Source of the DNA: Candidatus Kaiserbacteria bacterium
Lineage (GTDB): Bacteria; Patescibacteriota; Minisyncoccia; Phycocordibacterales; Phycocordibacteraceae
Direction of reading: 5' to 3'
Assembly: GCA_963699165.1 (NCBI GenBank)
Contig: OY969413.1
Location: 788,562-852,561, forward strand
DNA length: 64,000 bases
The notes under the pieces are model-generated. The model saw nothing but the letters and a program-made list of their open reading frames with translations, did no database searches and was not told where the DNA came from. The translations under genes and the position numbers were made by a program. Positions 1 to 9,570 of the stretch are shown piece by piece (position 1 is the first letter of the stretch; every line of letters begins with the position of its first letter).

Positions 1-135
1 CTTTGCGGCGTCGATTGAGACGCGGACATTCGCTTTGACCTGTTCTTGTCCGACATAGTCGTCCCATTCCGACGGACGCAGTGCGGCATCGAGCGATGAG
101 GAGAGAGGAGTCGGTTTTTGGGAGGGACTTGACAT
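1..135 (-). CDS. ruvB: Holliday junction branch migration helicase RuvB (5' part, runs off window)
   Basis: Reverse strand from ATG at 135 reads MSSPSQKPTPLSSSLDAALRPSEWDDYVGQEQVKANVRVSIDAAK, matching the RuvB N-terminal LRP..YVGQ motif. Confidence 0.9.
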   Translation of the reverse strand, partial: MSSPSQKPTPLSSSLDAALRPSEWDDYVGQEQVKANVRVSIDAAK

Positions 136-456
136 AAATCTTAGTTGTTGCTAACATTCTATCACAGAAGTTTGATCCTGTTTATATTCCTCTAGGCAAG
201 GCTTGACGGCTTTGGGCGACTCCCCAAGGACTTTGTGGTCCGATACTTCGGTATTGGCGCTGCGGGGCACCTCAGGTGTTTTGTCTACCCCGCATTTATG
301 CGGGTTTTGCCTGGAGGAATATGCACGGGAGCTCCGCAGGCGCGTACATGTGTGTCCGAATTTTCGGCCGGGCTGTGTCGCCGAAAATTGGACAAGGAAC
401 TTCTGTTTAGTGTATAAACGGCGGAGAGACAGGAGTGTGGAAGATGATAGTGCTAG

Positions 457-1507
457 GCACCCAAACCCCTCAATTCGAACGACGGTTTTTTGCGCTCCTC
501 TGAGCGCGTTGTTTCTTTTCCGCAGCATACGCCTCATCTGGCGTGAGTGAACCGAGCACATCCATGAAGCGGCGATTCATCTTTGCTTCGAGTTTCTGCA
601 CAAATCTTTTTGAATACTTTGAAATATCCGAGCTTTTCGGGATGTACCGCCGCAAGTCCTTGTTCAGATTCTCGATTGATGGCTTCTCCCATGGCGCATG
701 CACATGACAGAAATATATCTTCACCCCAAGCACCTTCTCTAGCCGTTTGTGTTCGAGAAAGAGAATATCGTTGTCGAATGTGATGGTCTGCATCTCGGGA
801 TACCGCTTTTTCATTCTGCGAAGCGCTCGCTCCACGTTTCGCACTGACACTGGCAGGATCCGCTCCAGCAGGTTTTTGCGCACCCTGCGATCCCGCAGAC
901 CAAGAATGATGCCTTGACCGCTCTTGCCCGACACGATGAAGTCGCCCTCCATGTGACCCAATCCCCATCGCTTGTTGATTTTGCTCGGTCGTTTGTCGAT
1001 CAGGCGCTTGTCGGCAATGTGTGGTTTCGATGGCCGAGAGCGTCGCCTCTTCTTGAATACCTTTGCTCGATGCGACTCGATCCGTCTGCCATACGGGCTC
1101 TTGATATATCGGCGTATAGCCGAGGATGAAGCATATCCGATATCCTTCTCGATCCGCTTCAATCGAAGTGAGATGTTTTCGGGCGACTGATCGTCGAAGA
1201 GATGCGCCTCGATGAACTTCCGGAGCTTCGGGTCGAGAGCAATCATCTTGCCGACCGCTCGGCTGTATTTCCTTCGTACGTATGAAATGTGATGCGCATA
1301 TGCAGCATCATACGGCCGTCCCTTCCTCTTCTTTTGCGTCTCGTACCATATGACACTCTTCGGTCGGTCGAGTGCATCTCCGACATCTTGCAAAGAGTAT
1401 CCCTTCGCTAACAGTATCTGTATTTCGTCTCGTTCGGACCTTGTGAAGTGCGCACCGCCGGAGGTTTTTTCATTCGCTCAATGTATCAAACGTTCGAATT
1501 CAAAAGA
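457..1507 (-). mobile_element. IS30-family insertion sequence
   Basis: CTAG direct repeats at 453-456 and 1508-1511; subterminal inverted repeat AATTCGAACG (472-481) / CGTTCGAATT (1491-1500); IS30-type transposase inside. Confidence 0.8.
470..1473 (-). CDS. IS30-family DDE transposase (probable start at 1473 is one base out of frame at an A6 run)
   Basis: GHMEGDFIV, TITFDND, PWEKPSIENLNKDLRRYIPK motifs; the frame stays open upstream of the TTG at 1393 with the HTH start HFTRSERDEIQILL. Confidence 0.85.
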
Positions 1508-1885
1508 CTAGTCGCCCTAAAGTCGCAGTGCCCGGTCGATGATTGCAAGGGCGTAGCGAATCTTATGTGGCGGTTGCGTTCCAAGATACGCGGAATTATT
1601 GAGACCAACCTCACGGTCAATCGGCGCAAAAGAAATGGCGAGAAAGGCAAAAAGGAGCACCTATTTGTAAATGTATTGCCACCTCAATCAGCACAGGGGA
1701 AGCCGCGTGAAATTTCCATTACTATTACGATGCCCGAGAATCCCGCATGTAGACAAGATCTCTACGAGAGGGAAGGCAGAATAAAGAAACTTCTCGGGGA
1801 GGTTTTTAAGCAGGAGGGCTACACGTTGAAAGATTGCTGGGTGTTTCTTATGTAAAGACAACAAAATGAATTCGCGTCCGAAGGA

Positions 1886-1910
1886 ATCGCCTGAGTCCTT
1901 CGGGCGATTT
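1886..1910. terminator. Hairpin between convergent genes
   Basis: AATCGCCTGA-gtcct-TCGGGCGATT between stops at 1855 and 1915. Confidence 0.55.
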
Positions 1911-1914
1911 CTAT

Positions 1915-3585
1915 TTATCTCGGCAAATCGACTGTGTCTGCGACTTCGGAAAGGGAAGTGATGCCGGCAAGAGCTTTTAGGATGCCGTCTTGCGCCATTG
2001 TGAGATAACCCTGCTTTGCGGCCAGCTTTGCGATTTCATTTTCAGGCGGATTGTCTCGGAGGAAGTGCGCGAGTTCATCGTCCATAAAAATCGCCTCATA
2101 CAAACCGATGCGTCCTATGTAGCCGGTTTCATCCGCATTGTCCGGTGCGGGTTCCCATACCGTTTCTATCATTTCGGGTACGAGCGTTTTGTCCGCGAGC
2201 GGTTCAAACACTTTTACAATCATCGCTTTCTCGTCGTCGGTCAACGGCCGTTCTTTCTTTCTCTCCGGGTCGAGTTTTCGCAGCAGCCGCTGAGCCATCG
2301 AGACGGTGACGGCCGAACCGAAGGACTTGGGGTCGGCGCCGAGGTCTGCGAGGCGCGGAAAGGTGCCCGCGGCGTTGTTGGTGTGAAGCGTCGAAAAAAC
2401 GAAGTGGCCGGTAAGCGCCGCCTGGATCGCAATGTTCGCCGTATCGCCGTCGCGGATTTCGCCGACCATGATGATGTCCGGGTCTTGGCGCACGATTGAG
2501 CGAAGACCTTCGGCAAAGGTATATTTGCCCGCCTCGACCTGCGTTTGTGTAATGCCTTCGAGGTGGTACTCGACCGGGTCCTCAATCGTGATGATTTTTA
2601 TTTCCGGCCGGTGAATTTCGCGCAAAAAAGAATACAAGGTTGTCGTCTTTCCGCTGCCGGTCGGGCCGGTCGTGAGCAGCATGCCGTTCGGTCTGCGGAT
2701 TTCCTGCTCAAGCCGCGCGAGCAGTTTGGGATGAATGCCGAGCTCCGCATATGAAATTTTCGTCGTTTCGGGGTCGAGCATGCGCAGCACAATCGATTCG
2801 CCGTAATTGCCGGGGATGAACGATGCGCGCACCTCGATGTCGTTTCCGCCCGGCGAGATGCTGAAGCGTCCGTCTTGCGCCTCGTTGGTGATATTTAACT
2901 TGATGCCCGACAGCAGCTTGATGCGCGAATTCAATTGGTGATAGGTGAGCGGATCAAAAAAATACGCATCGACAAGCACGCCGTCGATGCGTAAGCGCAG
3001 ACGGGTGTTTTTCTCCTCCGGCTCAAAGTGAATGTCCGACGCGTGGAGCGCGAGTGCGCCCGTAAAAATAATTTCAAGCACGCGCGACACCCGCTCGAGC
3101 GACTTCAGCGACGTCGTCGAGTCGAGCGCCGTCGTAAACGAGCCGAGCGATGCGGTACCCTCGGCAAATGCGCTGCGCACCTCGGGCGCAATGGTCAAAA
3201 TGCCTGCGCGCTCCTCGACCGCAAACGACAAATCGGCATAGCGCGCGAACGCCTTGTCCAAACTTTTTTTAGACACCAAATACTCTTGCAGCGTATATCC
3301 GCGCGTTTGCAGTTCCGCGCACAGCTTGCCGAGCGCGGGATTGTTCGGGTTATGAACGGCAAGCGAAATCACTTTAGCCGTTTTCGCAAACGCCGCTGCG
3401 TCCGCAAGCCGCGCTTCCGCTTCGGGAATGACGCGAAGCGCCTCGGTGTCTATCTCCGCCACCGAAAGGTCGGCATACGGCATGCCATACTTTTGAGAGA
3501 GAATCTGCGCGACGTCCTCTTCTTCGCGCTCGCGCACTTCGGCGAGCTTTGCATCTTCATTTGCGGCATTAAACGGCAAATCCAT
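1915..3585 (-). CDS. GspE/PilB family type II/IV secretion ATPase
   Basis: ASDIHFEP, TGPTGSGKTTT, TIEDPVEY, RQDPDIIMVGEIRD, STLHTN motifs. Confidence 0.95.
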   Translation of the reverse strand: MDLPFNAANEDAKLAEVREREEEDVAQILSQKYGMPYADLSVAEIDTEALRVIPEAEARLADAAAFAKTAKVISLAVHNPNNPALGKLCAELQTRGYTLQEYLVSKKSLDKAFARYADLSFAVEERAGILTIAPEVRSAFAEGTASLGSFTTALDSTTSLKSLERVSRVLEIIFTGALALHASDIHFEPEEKNTRLRLRIDGVLVDAYFFDPLTYHQLNSRIKLLSGIKLNITNEAQDGRFSISPGGNDIEVRASFIPGNYGESIVLRMLDPETTKISYAELGIHPKLLARLEQEIRRPNGMLLTTGPTGSGKTTTLYSFLREIHRPEIKIITIEDPVEYHLEGITQTQVEAGKYTFAEGLRSIVRQDPDIIMVGEIRDGDTANIAIQAALTGHFVFSTLHTNNAAGTFPRLADLGADPKSFGSAVTVSMAQRLLRKLDPERKKERPLTDDEKAMIVKVFEPLADKTLVPEMIETVWEPAPDNADETGYIGRIGLYEAIFMDDELAHFLRDNPPENEIAKLAAKQGYLTMAQDGILKALAGITSLSEVADTVDLPR

Positions 3586-3625
3586 TCACGCAATTGTAGC
3601 ACTCGACCGTGAGCCGAAAGGGTGC

Positions 3626-3672
3626 TTGACAAATATGTAAATATCATGTTACTTTAGAATCAGAAAGGAGGT
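3626..3672 (+). promoter_or_regulatory. sigma70 promoter and strong SD for the 121-aa secreted protein
   Basis: TTGACA (3626) -18 bp- TACTTT (3650) with extended TG; AAGGAGGT at 3665. Confidence 0.65.
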
Positions 3673-3677
3673 ACTCC

Positions 3678-4043
3678 ATGAAGTACCTTTTCATCGCGTT
3701 AGTTGCCATTTCATTCTTGTTCGGTCAAGCGGTACCGGCAGGCGCTCTGGGTAACTGCCAGAACGGGTATGTCGAGACACCAATCGGGTGCGATGAGATA
3801 GTAGCGCAGAATACGTTCACCGCTCCGGATGGGTCCGTGGTCACCGACTACGAGACCCGCGAGGGATGGTATGTACGGTTAGTGACGGACAAGGGCGTTC
3901 TTGTTGGAAACTCCTTTTCCAGAACCCCGTTTGTTGTTGTCCAAGCCGCACCGCCCACGACCGGGCAAGTGCTTACGGTCCTGGGGTTGTACGCAATTAA
4001 TCGCATCATCCCCAATCCTGCCCGCCATCGACATGGGCGGTAA
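3678..4043 (+). CDS. Small secreted hypothetical protein
   Basis: Signal peptide MKYLFIALVAISFLFGQAVPAGA; own promoter, SD and downstream hairpin. Confidence 0.75.
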   Translation: MKYLFIALVAISFLFGQAVPAGALGNCQNGYVETPIGCDEIVAQNTFTAPDGSVVTDYETREGWYVRLVTDKGVLVGNSFSRTPFVVVQAAPPTTGQVLTVLGLYAINRIIPNPARHRHGR

Positions 4044-4120
4044 GGAAGGGGAGGCACGCGAAGCGCTTGAGTCTCTCCGGAGGTTCGGGCGCTTCTCCAT
4101 TTCGAGGTACAATTGAAGCA

Positions 4121-4558
4121 ATGGAGAAGGTCGTCAACACACTTGAAGAATTTGATGCCGACGCGGCGCGGTTTGCCGGCGCCCTTGCACCGAGCGAGTA
4201 CGGAGCGGCACTCGTGGTGCTTTCGGGAGAACTTGGCGCCGGTAAAACGGCATTTACGAAGGCGGTCGCAAGAACGCTCGGCATCGAAGAAACGGTGAGC
4301 AGTCCGACATTTGTGATTGAAAAAATCTACCTGCTTCCCAAAGGGCATCTATTTAAACGCCTCGTTCATATCGACGCTTATCGGCTTGAAAAGGGAAGCG
4401 ACCTCGCGCCGCTCGGCTTCCACGAACTTATGCGTGACCCTGAAAATCTCATTTTGCTTGAATGGCCGGAAAAAGTCGCGCATGCGCTTCCGCCGGTAAT
4501 CGCGAAAATTTCCTTCACCGTTCTTCCGGACGGCGCGCGTAAGATTTCGTATGGCTAA
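4121..4558 (+). CDS. tsaE: tRNA threonylcarbamoyladenosine biosynthesis ATPase TsaE
   Basis: LSGELGAGKT, SSPTF, HIDAYRL, LEWPE; ATG at 4121 follows a TACAAT -10 box. Confidence 0.95.
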   Translation: MEKVVNTLEEFDADAARFAGALAPSEYGAALVVLSGELGAGKTAFTKAVARTLGIEETVSSPTFVIEKIYLLPKGHLFKRLVHIDAYRLEKGSDLAPLGFHELMRDPENLILLEWPEKVAHALPPVIAKISFTVLPDGARKISYG

Positions 4559-6959
4559 AAAATCCGACAAGAAACGAATTGTGCTGCTCGATACGCATGC
4601 GATTATTCATCGCGCATATCACGCCTTGCCGGATTTCACCGGTCCCACCGGCGCGCCGACCGGCGCGCTCTACGGACTGGTTTCGATGCTGCTTAAAATC
4701 GCAACCGACTTAAAACCCGATTACATCGCGGCATGCTTTGATTTGCCGAAGCCCACGATTCGCCACGAGGCGTATGCGGACTATAAAGCAACGCGCGCAA
4801 AAACCGACGATGCGCTCTCGCAGCAAATCGGAGAATCGCGCAAAGTGTTCGAGGCGTTTTCGATTCCGCTGTATGAGCGCGAAGGATTCGAGGCCGACGA
4901 TTTGCTCGGCACCATCGCATACGAGCTGCACGGAAAGGGCGTCGATGTCATCATCGCCTCCGGCGACATGGATACGCTCCAGCTTGTCGACGATGAAAGC
5001 GTTCGCGTATACACGCTGAAGAAAGGCATCAACGATACGATTTTGTATGACGAAAAAGCGGTTGTCGCGCGGTTCGGATTTCTGCCGAAACTCATTCCCG
5101 ACTGGAAGGGACTTCGCGGCGACCCGTCCGACAACATAAAAGGAGTGCCCGGCATCGGCGAGAAGACGGCAACCGACCTCATTGTGCATTTCGGCTCGAT
5201 TGAAAAAATATATGCGCAATTAAAAAAAGGAGACAAAGCGTTTCTTGAGAAGGGCATCAAACAGCGGATGATTGGACTGCTGAAGGACAACGAAGAAGCG
5301 GCGCGTTTTTCGAAGTCGCTCGCGACGATTCGGCTCGACGCGCCGATTGCGTTTTCGCTTCCGGAAAAGCCGTGGCGGGAAAATGTCGATTTCAAAAAAG
5401 TGCTTACGCTCTTCGATGAATTCGGTTTTCGCTCGCTTCGGGCGCGGGTTCAGGATGTCCTCGGGTCAGTGGGAGGCATCGGCGCTCGGGCTGAATTTTC
5501 CGAATCCTCGGTTCTCGACTCGCCGGGAAGCGAGTCGCCGGAATCGAAAATTCAGCCCGAGCGCCTCGCTGAAGCCGGCGTGATGCTTTGGCTTATTTCT
5601 TCGGAATTCACAAATCCGTCGCTTGACGACATTCTCGCTTTTACAAAAGAGCGAACATTTGACGCCGCATATACGGTGCTTGAAAAACAGTTGTCCGAAA
5701 TGGGGCGCGTGCGCGAGGTGTACGAGAAAATCGAGAAGCCGCTCATTCCCGTAGTTCGCCGCATGGAAGAGCGCGGCGTATTAATTGACCCGAAGGTGCT
5801 TGCCGGCCTCGCGGAGAAATATCGCGCGGAACTTATTTCAATCGAGAAAAGCATCTATAAAGCCGCCGGACGGGAGTTCAATATCAGCTCGCCCAAACAG
5901 CTCGGGGAAGTGCTTTTTGACGAGCTCAAAATCGTGCCGGAGCGGCAAAAGAAAACCGCAGGCGGACAGCGGTCGACCCGAGAGAGCGAACTCGAAAAAA
6001 TCCGCGACATGCATCCGGTCGTCGGACAGATTCTCGAATACCGGGAATTAAAAAAACTGCTTTCAACCTATATCGAAAATCTTCCGCCTCTGCTTGATGT
6101 GGAGCACCGTTTGCACGCGGAATTTTTGCAGACCGGCACAACGACGGGACGCATGGCGAGTCAGAATCCGAATCTGCAAAATATTCCGCTTCACTCGGAA
6201 CGCGGCCGCGCGATTCGCCACGCATTTGTCGCACCGGAAGGGTTTACGCTGCTTTCGCTCGACTATTCTCAGGTTGAGTTGCGGCTTGCGGCCATTCTCT
6301 CGGGCGACGAGAAGCTCTGCGCGATTTTTCGAAGCGGCCGCGATGTTCATACGGAAGTCGCGGCACAAGTGTTCCATGTCGCGCCCGAATCGGTCGACAG
6401 CGAGATGCGCCGCCGCGCGAAAGTCATCAATTTCGGCATCCTCTACGGCATGGGAGTGAACGCTCTTCGCGCGCAGCTTTGCTCGACGACTGCGGAGGCG
6501 CACCAGTTTTTGGAGGATTATTTTTCAACATTTAAAACGCTGTCGGAATATCTGGAGAGCACGCGCGGCTTTGCGCGCAAGCACGGGTACACCGAAACCA
6601 TGTTCGGGCGCCGCCGGCAATTTCCCGAAATGAAATCGACGCTGCCGTATGTGCGCGCGCAGGCGGAACGCATGGCGATAAATGCGCCGATTCAGGGAAC
6701 GCAATCGGACATCATCAAACTCGCAATGGTGCGGGTCGACGACATGTTTGATAAAGAAAAAGCGCGCGCAGATGCCTATCTGCTTCTGCAGGTGCACGAT
6801 GAATTGGTATTTGAAATTCGAGACGGACGCGTTGAGTCGCTTCGTGCGAAGATTCAAGAAATTATGGAATCCGTTTTGTCGCCCGAACAGGCGCGCGATG
6901 TGCCGGTGATTGTTGCGGCGAAGGAAGGCCCGAATTGGGGCGATATGCAATCGGTATGA
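4551..6959 (+). CDS. polA: DNA polymerase I (5'-3' exonuclease + polymerase, 3'-5' exonuclease domain reduced)
   Basis: EADD, GDPSDNIKGVPGIGEKTA, TGRMAS.NPNLQNIP, DYSQVELR, KVINFGILYG, QVHDEL. Confidence 0.97.
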   Translation: MAKKSDKKRIVLLDTHAIIHRAYHALPDFTGPTGAPTGALYGLVSMLLKIATDLKPDYIAACFDLPKPTIRHEAYADYKATRAKTDDALSQQIGESRKVFEAFSIPLYEREGFEADDLLGTIAYELHGKGVDVIIASGDMDTLQLVDDESVRVYTLKKGINDTILYDEKAVVARFGFLPKLIPDWKGLRGDPSDNIKGVPGIGEKTATDLIVHFGSIEKIYAQLKKGDKAFLEKGIKQRMIGLLKDNEEAARFSKSLATIRLDAPIAFSLPEKPWRENVDFKKVLTLFDEFGFRSLRARVQDVLGSVGGIGARAEFSESSVLDSPGSESPESKIQPERLAEAGVMLWLISSEFTNPSLDDILAFTKERTFDAAYTVLEKQLSEMGRVREVYEKIEKPLIPVVRRMEERGVLIDPKVLAGLAEKYRAELISIEKSIYKAAGREFNISSPKQLGEVLFDELKIVPERQKKTAGGQRSTRESELEKIRDMHPVVGQILEYRELKKLLSTYIENLPPLLDVEHRLHAEFLQTGTTTGRMASQNPNLQNIPLHSERGRAIRHAFVAPEGFTLLSLDYSQVELRLAAILSGDEKLCAIFRSGRDVHTEVAAQVFHVAPESVDSEMRRRAKVINFGILYGMGVNALRAQLCSTTAEAHQFLEDYFSTFKTLSEYLESTRGFARKHGYTETMFGRRRQFPEMKSTLPYVRAQAERMAINAPIQGTQSDIIKLAMVRVDDMFDKEKARADAYLLLQVHDELVFEIRDGRVESLRAKIQEIMESVLSPEQARDVPVIVAAKEGPNWGDMQSV

Positions 6960-7648
6960 TGTATCTTTTCCACGGGAGCGACAAGGAGAAAGTCCGCGCT
7001 AAGGCGTTTGATTGGGTTGCGAAAGCGCGCGCAAAGGAGCCGAACCTCGCATATGCGCGCCTTGCCCGCGAGGAGCTCACGGCTGCGGCACTCGAAGACG
7101 CGGCGCAGTCGGGCGGACTTTTTGTCAGCCGCCTTTTGATTTTGCTCGACGACCCTTATCCGGCTGCGCGAACGGCGGCTGAAGACGATGAAGGCGGTGA
7201 AGAAGAAAAGACGGAAAGCGTGCTCGAGGAATATCTCGACGAGTTGGCCGCGTCAAACAACGCCATCATCATGCTTGCGCCAAAACTAGCGGCTGCGAAA
7301 GCAAAAAAAATCGCCGCGAAGGCGAAGGCGGAATACAAATTCGACCTGCCTGCCGCGCGCATAGATGCGCGCGGATTCAATTCCAATCTGGTGAACGCCC
7401 TTGCCGCTCGAAGCCGCGAAAAACTCTGGCTTGAAATCAATCGCGCGCTTCGCGCGGGCGACGCGCCCGAAATGTTGCACGGCCTTTTGCATTGGAAAGC
7501 GCGCGACATGATGGAAAAGGGGAGTCCCAAATGGAAGCCGCAGGAATCGCGCGAGCTTTCGCTCGCGCTCATCGAACTTTTGCAGGCCTCGCGCCGCGGA
7601 GGGCTTGATTTGGGGCTTGCGCTCGAGCGTTTTGCGCTTAGCATTTAG
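6956..7648 (+). CDS. holA: DNA polymerase III delta subunit-like protein
   Basis: MMYLFHGSD start, GGLF motif, C-terminal LERFALSI; coupled to polA. Confidence 0.6.
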   Translation: MMYLFHGSDKEKVRAKAFDWVAKARAKEPNLAYARLAREELTAAALEDAAQSGGLFVSRLLILLDDPYPAARTAAEDDEGGEEEKTESVLEEYLDELAASNNAIIMLAPKLAAAKAKKIAAKAKAEYKFDLPAARIDARGFNSNLVNALAARSREKLWLEINRALRAGDAPEMLHGLLHWKARDMMEKGSPKWKPQESRELSLALIELLQASRRGGLDLGLALERFALSI

Positions 7649-7667
7649 CGTCCTTTATACTTTGTCC

Positions 7668-8057
7668 ATGAAAGAGTACGAGAACAAAATCCGTGAATTT
7701 TTGCATGAACGAAAATGGGACAATCTGCGTCCGGCGGACGTTGCGAAGTCGATTGCTATTGAAGCGGGAGAATTGCTCGAACTTTTTCAATGGACGAACG
7801 AAACGCTCGAGGACGTAAAAGGAAATGCGGAAAAACTCGGGGAAATAAAAAAAGAACTCGCGGATGTGCTTAATTATTGTTTCGATATGAGCGTGTTGCT
7901 CGATTTTGATACGGAGCAAATTCTTATAGACAAATTGGAAAAAGTTAAGCAGAAATATCCCGCGCACTTATTTAACGGCCGAGATGAAAATGTCGATGCG
8001 GGTTCCGAAGAAATTTATTGGAAGATAAAGAAAGAACATCGCGCAAAAGGCGGATAG
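7668..8057 (+). CDS. MazG-like nucleotide pyrophosphohydrolase (dCTP pyrophosphatase type)
   Basis: SIAIEAGELLELFQW and ELADV motifs. Confidence 0.85.
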   Translation: MKEYENKIREFLHERKWDNLRPADVAKSIAIEAGELLELFQWTNETLEDVKGNAEKLGEIKKELADVLNYCFDMSVLLDFDTEQILIDKLEKVKQKYPAHLFNGRDENVDAGSEEIYWKIKKEHRAKGG

Positions 8058-8066
8058 GTTCAAGTG

Positions 8067-8254
8067 GTCACACATAATTCGCTCGTCGCCCCTCGCGAAT
8101 TTGCGCGACCCCTAAAGGACTGTGGTTTGTATGCCAATCGCTTCGCTCTTGGACAAACCGGGAGCCCGGCTCGCGGTTTTGTCCGCTGACAAAACATCGC
8201 TGCGGCCCGCACTTGTAAACAAAAACGGCATGCAGATGCCGTTTTTGATTCAAG
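8067..8254 (-). repeat. tRNA-tailing palindromic repeat (copy after tRNA-Lys)
   Basis: Hairpin that re-pairs with the tRNA 3' end, then GATGTTTTGT..CAAAA.CGCGAGCCGGG and terminal GGTCGCG...TGTGACC stem shared with copies at 14135 and 41448. Confidence 0.7.
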
Positions 8255-8327
8255 TGCGCCCAGCAGGGTACGATCCTGCGACCTTCTCCTTAAAAGGGAG
8301 CTGCTCTACCAGCTGAGCTATGGGCGC
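8255..8327 (-). tRNA. tRNA-Lys(UUU)
   Basis: Cloverleaf GCGCCCA/TGGGCGC, anticodon loop CT-TTT-AA, atypical T-loop ATCGTAC. Confidence 0.9.
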
Positions 8328-8439
8328 GTAGTGAGGAATAGGAACTCCCCGGATTCTTGGTCTTCGAACGAGCGCTCATATCGAATCCGAGAAGATATGG
8401 ACGCGGTATTTGCAACTTACCATCTACCACCGGCTTTTT

Positions 8440-9558
8440 CTAGTAGCTAAACGCATCAACCGTATTTCCGCTTTTATCGAGCAGTTTTACCACTTCGTGT
8501 TGCGAGCGCCACATCGAGTTCGTGCGGCCGAGATAAATGCGCCATGTATCGCCCTCGAAGTCGGTGTCGTTTTGATGGGAGTTTACGCAGCCGTTATAGT
8601 TCAGATGATTTACCAATACCGACTGGCACGCGGACGTAAGATTGGCCGGTGGCGACAGCACGACTTGGCAGCGTGACAGCGCATTCACGTAGTTGATGCA
8701 CGCCGCGTCGCGAATGTAGATGCCGCCGTAATAGGCGTCAAATTCGCTTGACGGCGATGGACAATCTTGCGGAAGCGCCGGTGAGAATTTCTGGAATGTG
8801 CTGAAATAGCCGATGCATTTATTCTCGCGGAATGACGCGCCGATGGGCGATTGTCCCGAAATGAGAATCGCGCTTTCTCCCGGAGTGAGTACGATGTCCT
8901 GCGCCGCGTTCACGATGCCCGACATCGGAACCTCGGTTCCTTTCGGAATAACGGCCGAATTGCCGGTGGCATCGCTTACGAGCGTCCATCCGGTGAGGTC
9001 GACCGGAATGCCTCCGTTTTGGGAAACATGCAGCGCAATGTTTTCATTTTTGGGATCGCTTGAGCCGGCGCCCGATACCGAATGGCTGAGCGAAACGATG
9101 CCGCGGTACAGCGAGGGCGTTCCGAAAATGGCGCCGCCGCTAAGCGTCGGAAGTTGCGTTCCTCCGGACGTGCCGGCCGCGTAACTGCCGCCGCCGTTTG
9201 AGGAGCCGGGCAAAGAAATATAGGTGCTGCCGATGCCAAACGGCGCCTGCGGAAGCGCAAACCCGGCGCGATTCCCGGTGCTCGTACCGCTGCCGCCCAC
9301 CGAGGCGCCCGGCAGTGAGATATTTGAGCCGCCAACGCCGCCGATGCCTCTGCCGCCGCCCGTAAGTCCGCTAAACCAATTCGAAAATGAAAAGCCCGAA
9401 CTGCCGCTCGTGCCGCTTCCGTTCGTTCCGGTTCCGCTCGATTGCACTATGGTCGACGCGGGAAAAAAAACGGAACGGAGCGGGCCGCCGATGAAAATCC
9501 AGACGAGAAAAATGAAGGCGAACAGCCAGATGAAAAACCATGCATCGCGCTTCTCCAT
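8440..9558 (-). CDS. Membrane-anchored Gly/Ser-rich protein with lamin-tail-like (LTD) domain
   Basis: N-terminal TM, low-complexity linker, VDLTGWTL and VKLLDKSGNTVDAFSY typical of CPR LTD proteins. Confidence 0.65.
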   Translation of the reverse strand: MEKRDAWFFIWLFAFIFLVWIFIGGPLRSVFFPASTIVQSSGTGTNGSGTSGSSGFSFSNWFSGLTGGGRGIGGVGGSNISLPGASVGGSGTSTGNRAGFALPQAPFGIGSTYISLPGSSNGGGSYAAGTSGGTQLPTLSGGAIFGTPSLYRGIVSLSHSVSGAGSSDPKNENIALHVSQNGGIPVDLTGWTLVSDATGNSAVIPKGTEVPMSGIVNAAQDIVLTPGESAILISGQSPIGASFRENKCIGYFSTFQKFSPALPQDCPSPSSEFDAYYGGIYIRDAACINYVNALSRCQVVLSPPANLTSACQSVLVNHLNYNGCVNSHQNDTDFEGDTWRIYLGRTNSMWRSQHEVVKLLDKSGNTVDAFSY

Positions 9559-9570
9559 AGGTAGATAGTA

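Larger units (their letters stand above)
444..1855 (+). pseudogene. Hypothetical protein gene (~120 aa) split after codon 4 by the IS30-family element
   Basis: AGGAG at 431 and ATG at 444 (ATG ATA GTG CTA G). Removing 457-1511 restores MIVLVALKSQCPVDDCKGVANLMWRLR...WVFLM ending at 1855. Confidence 0.7.

Noticed and set aside
1448-1855. Stand-alone 135-aa ORF as listed in the track
   Set aside because: First 20 codons come from the IS end; the rest is the 3' part of the gene starting at 444
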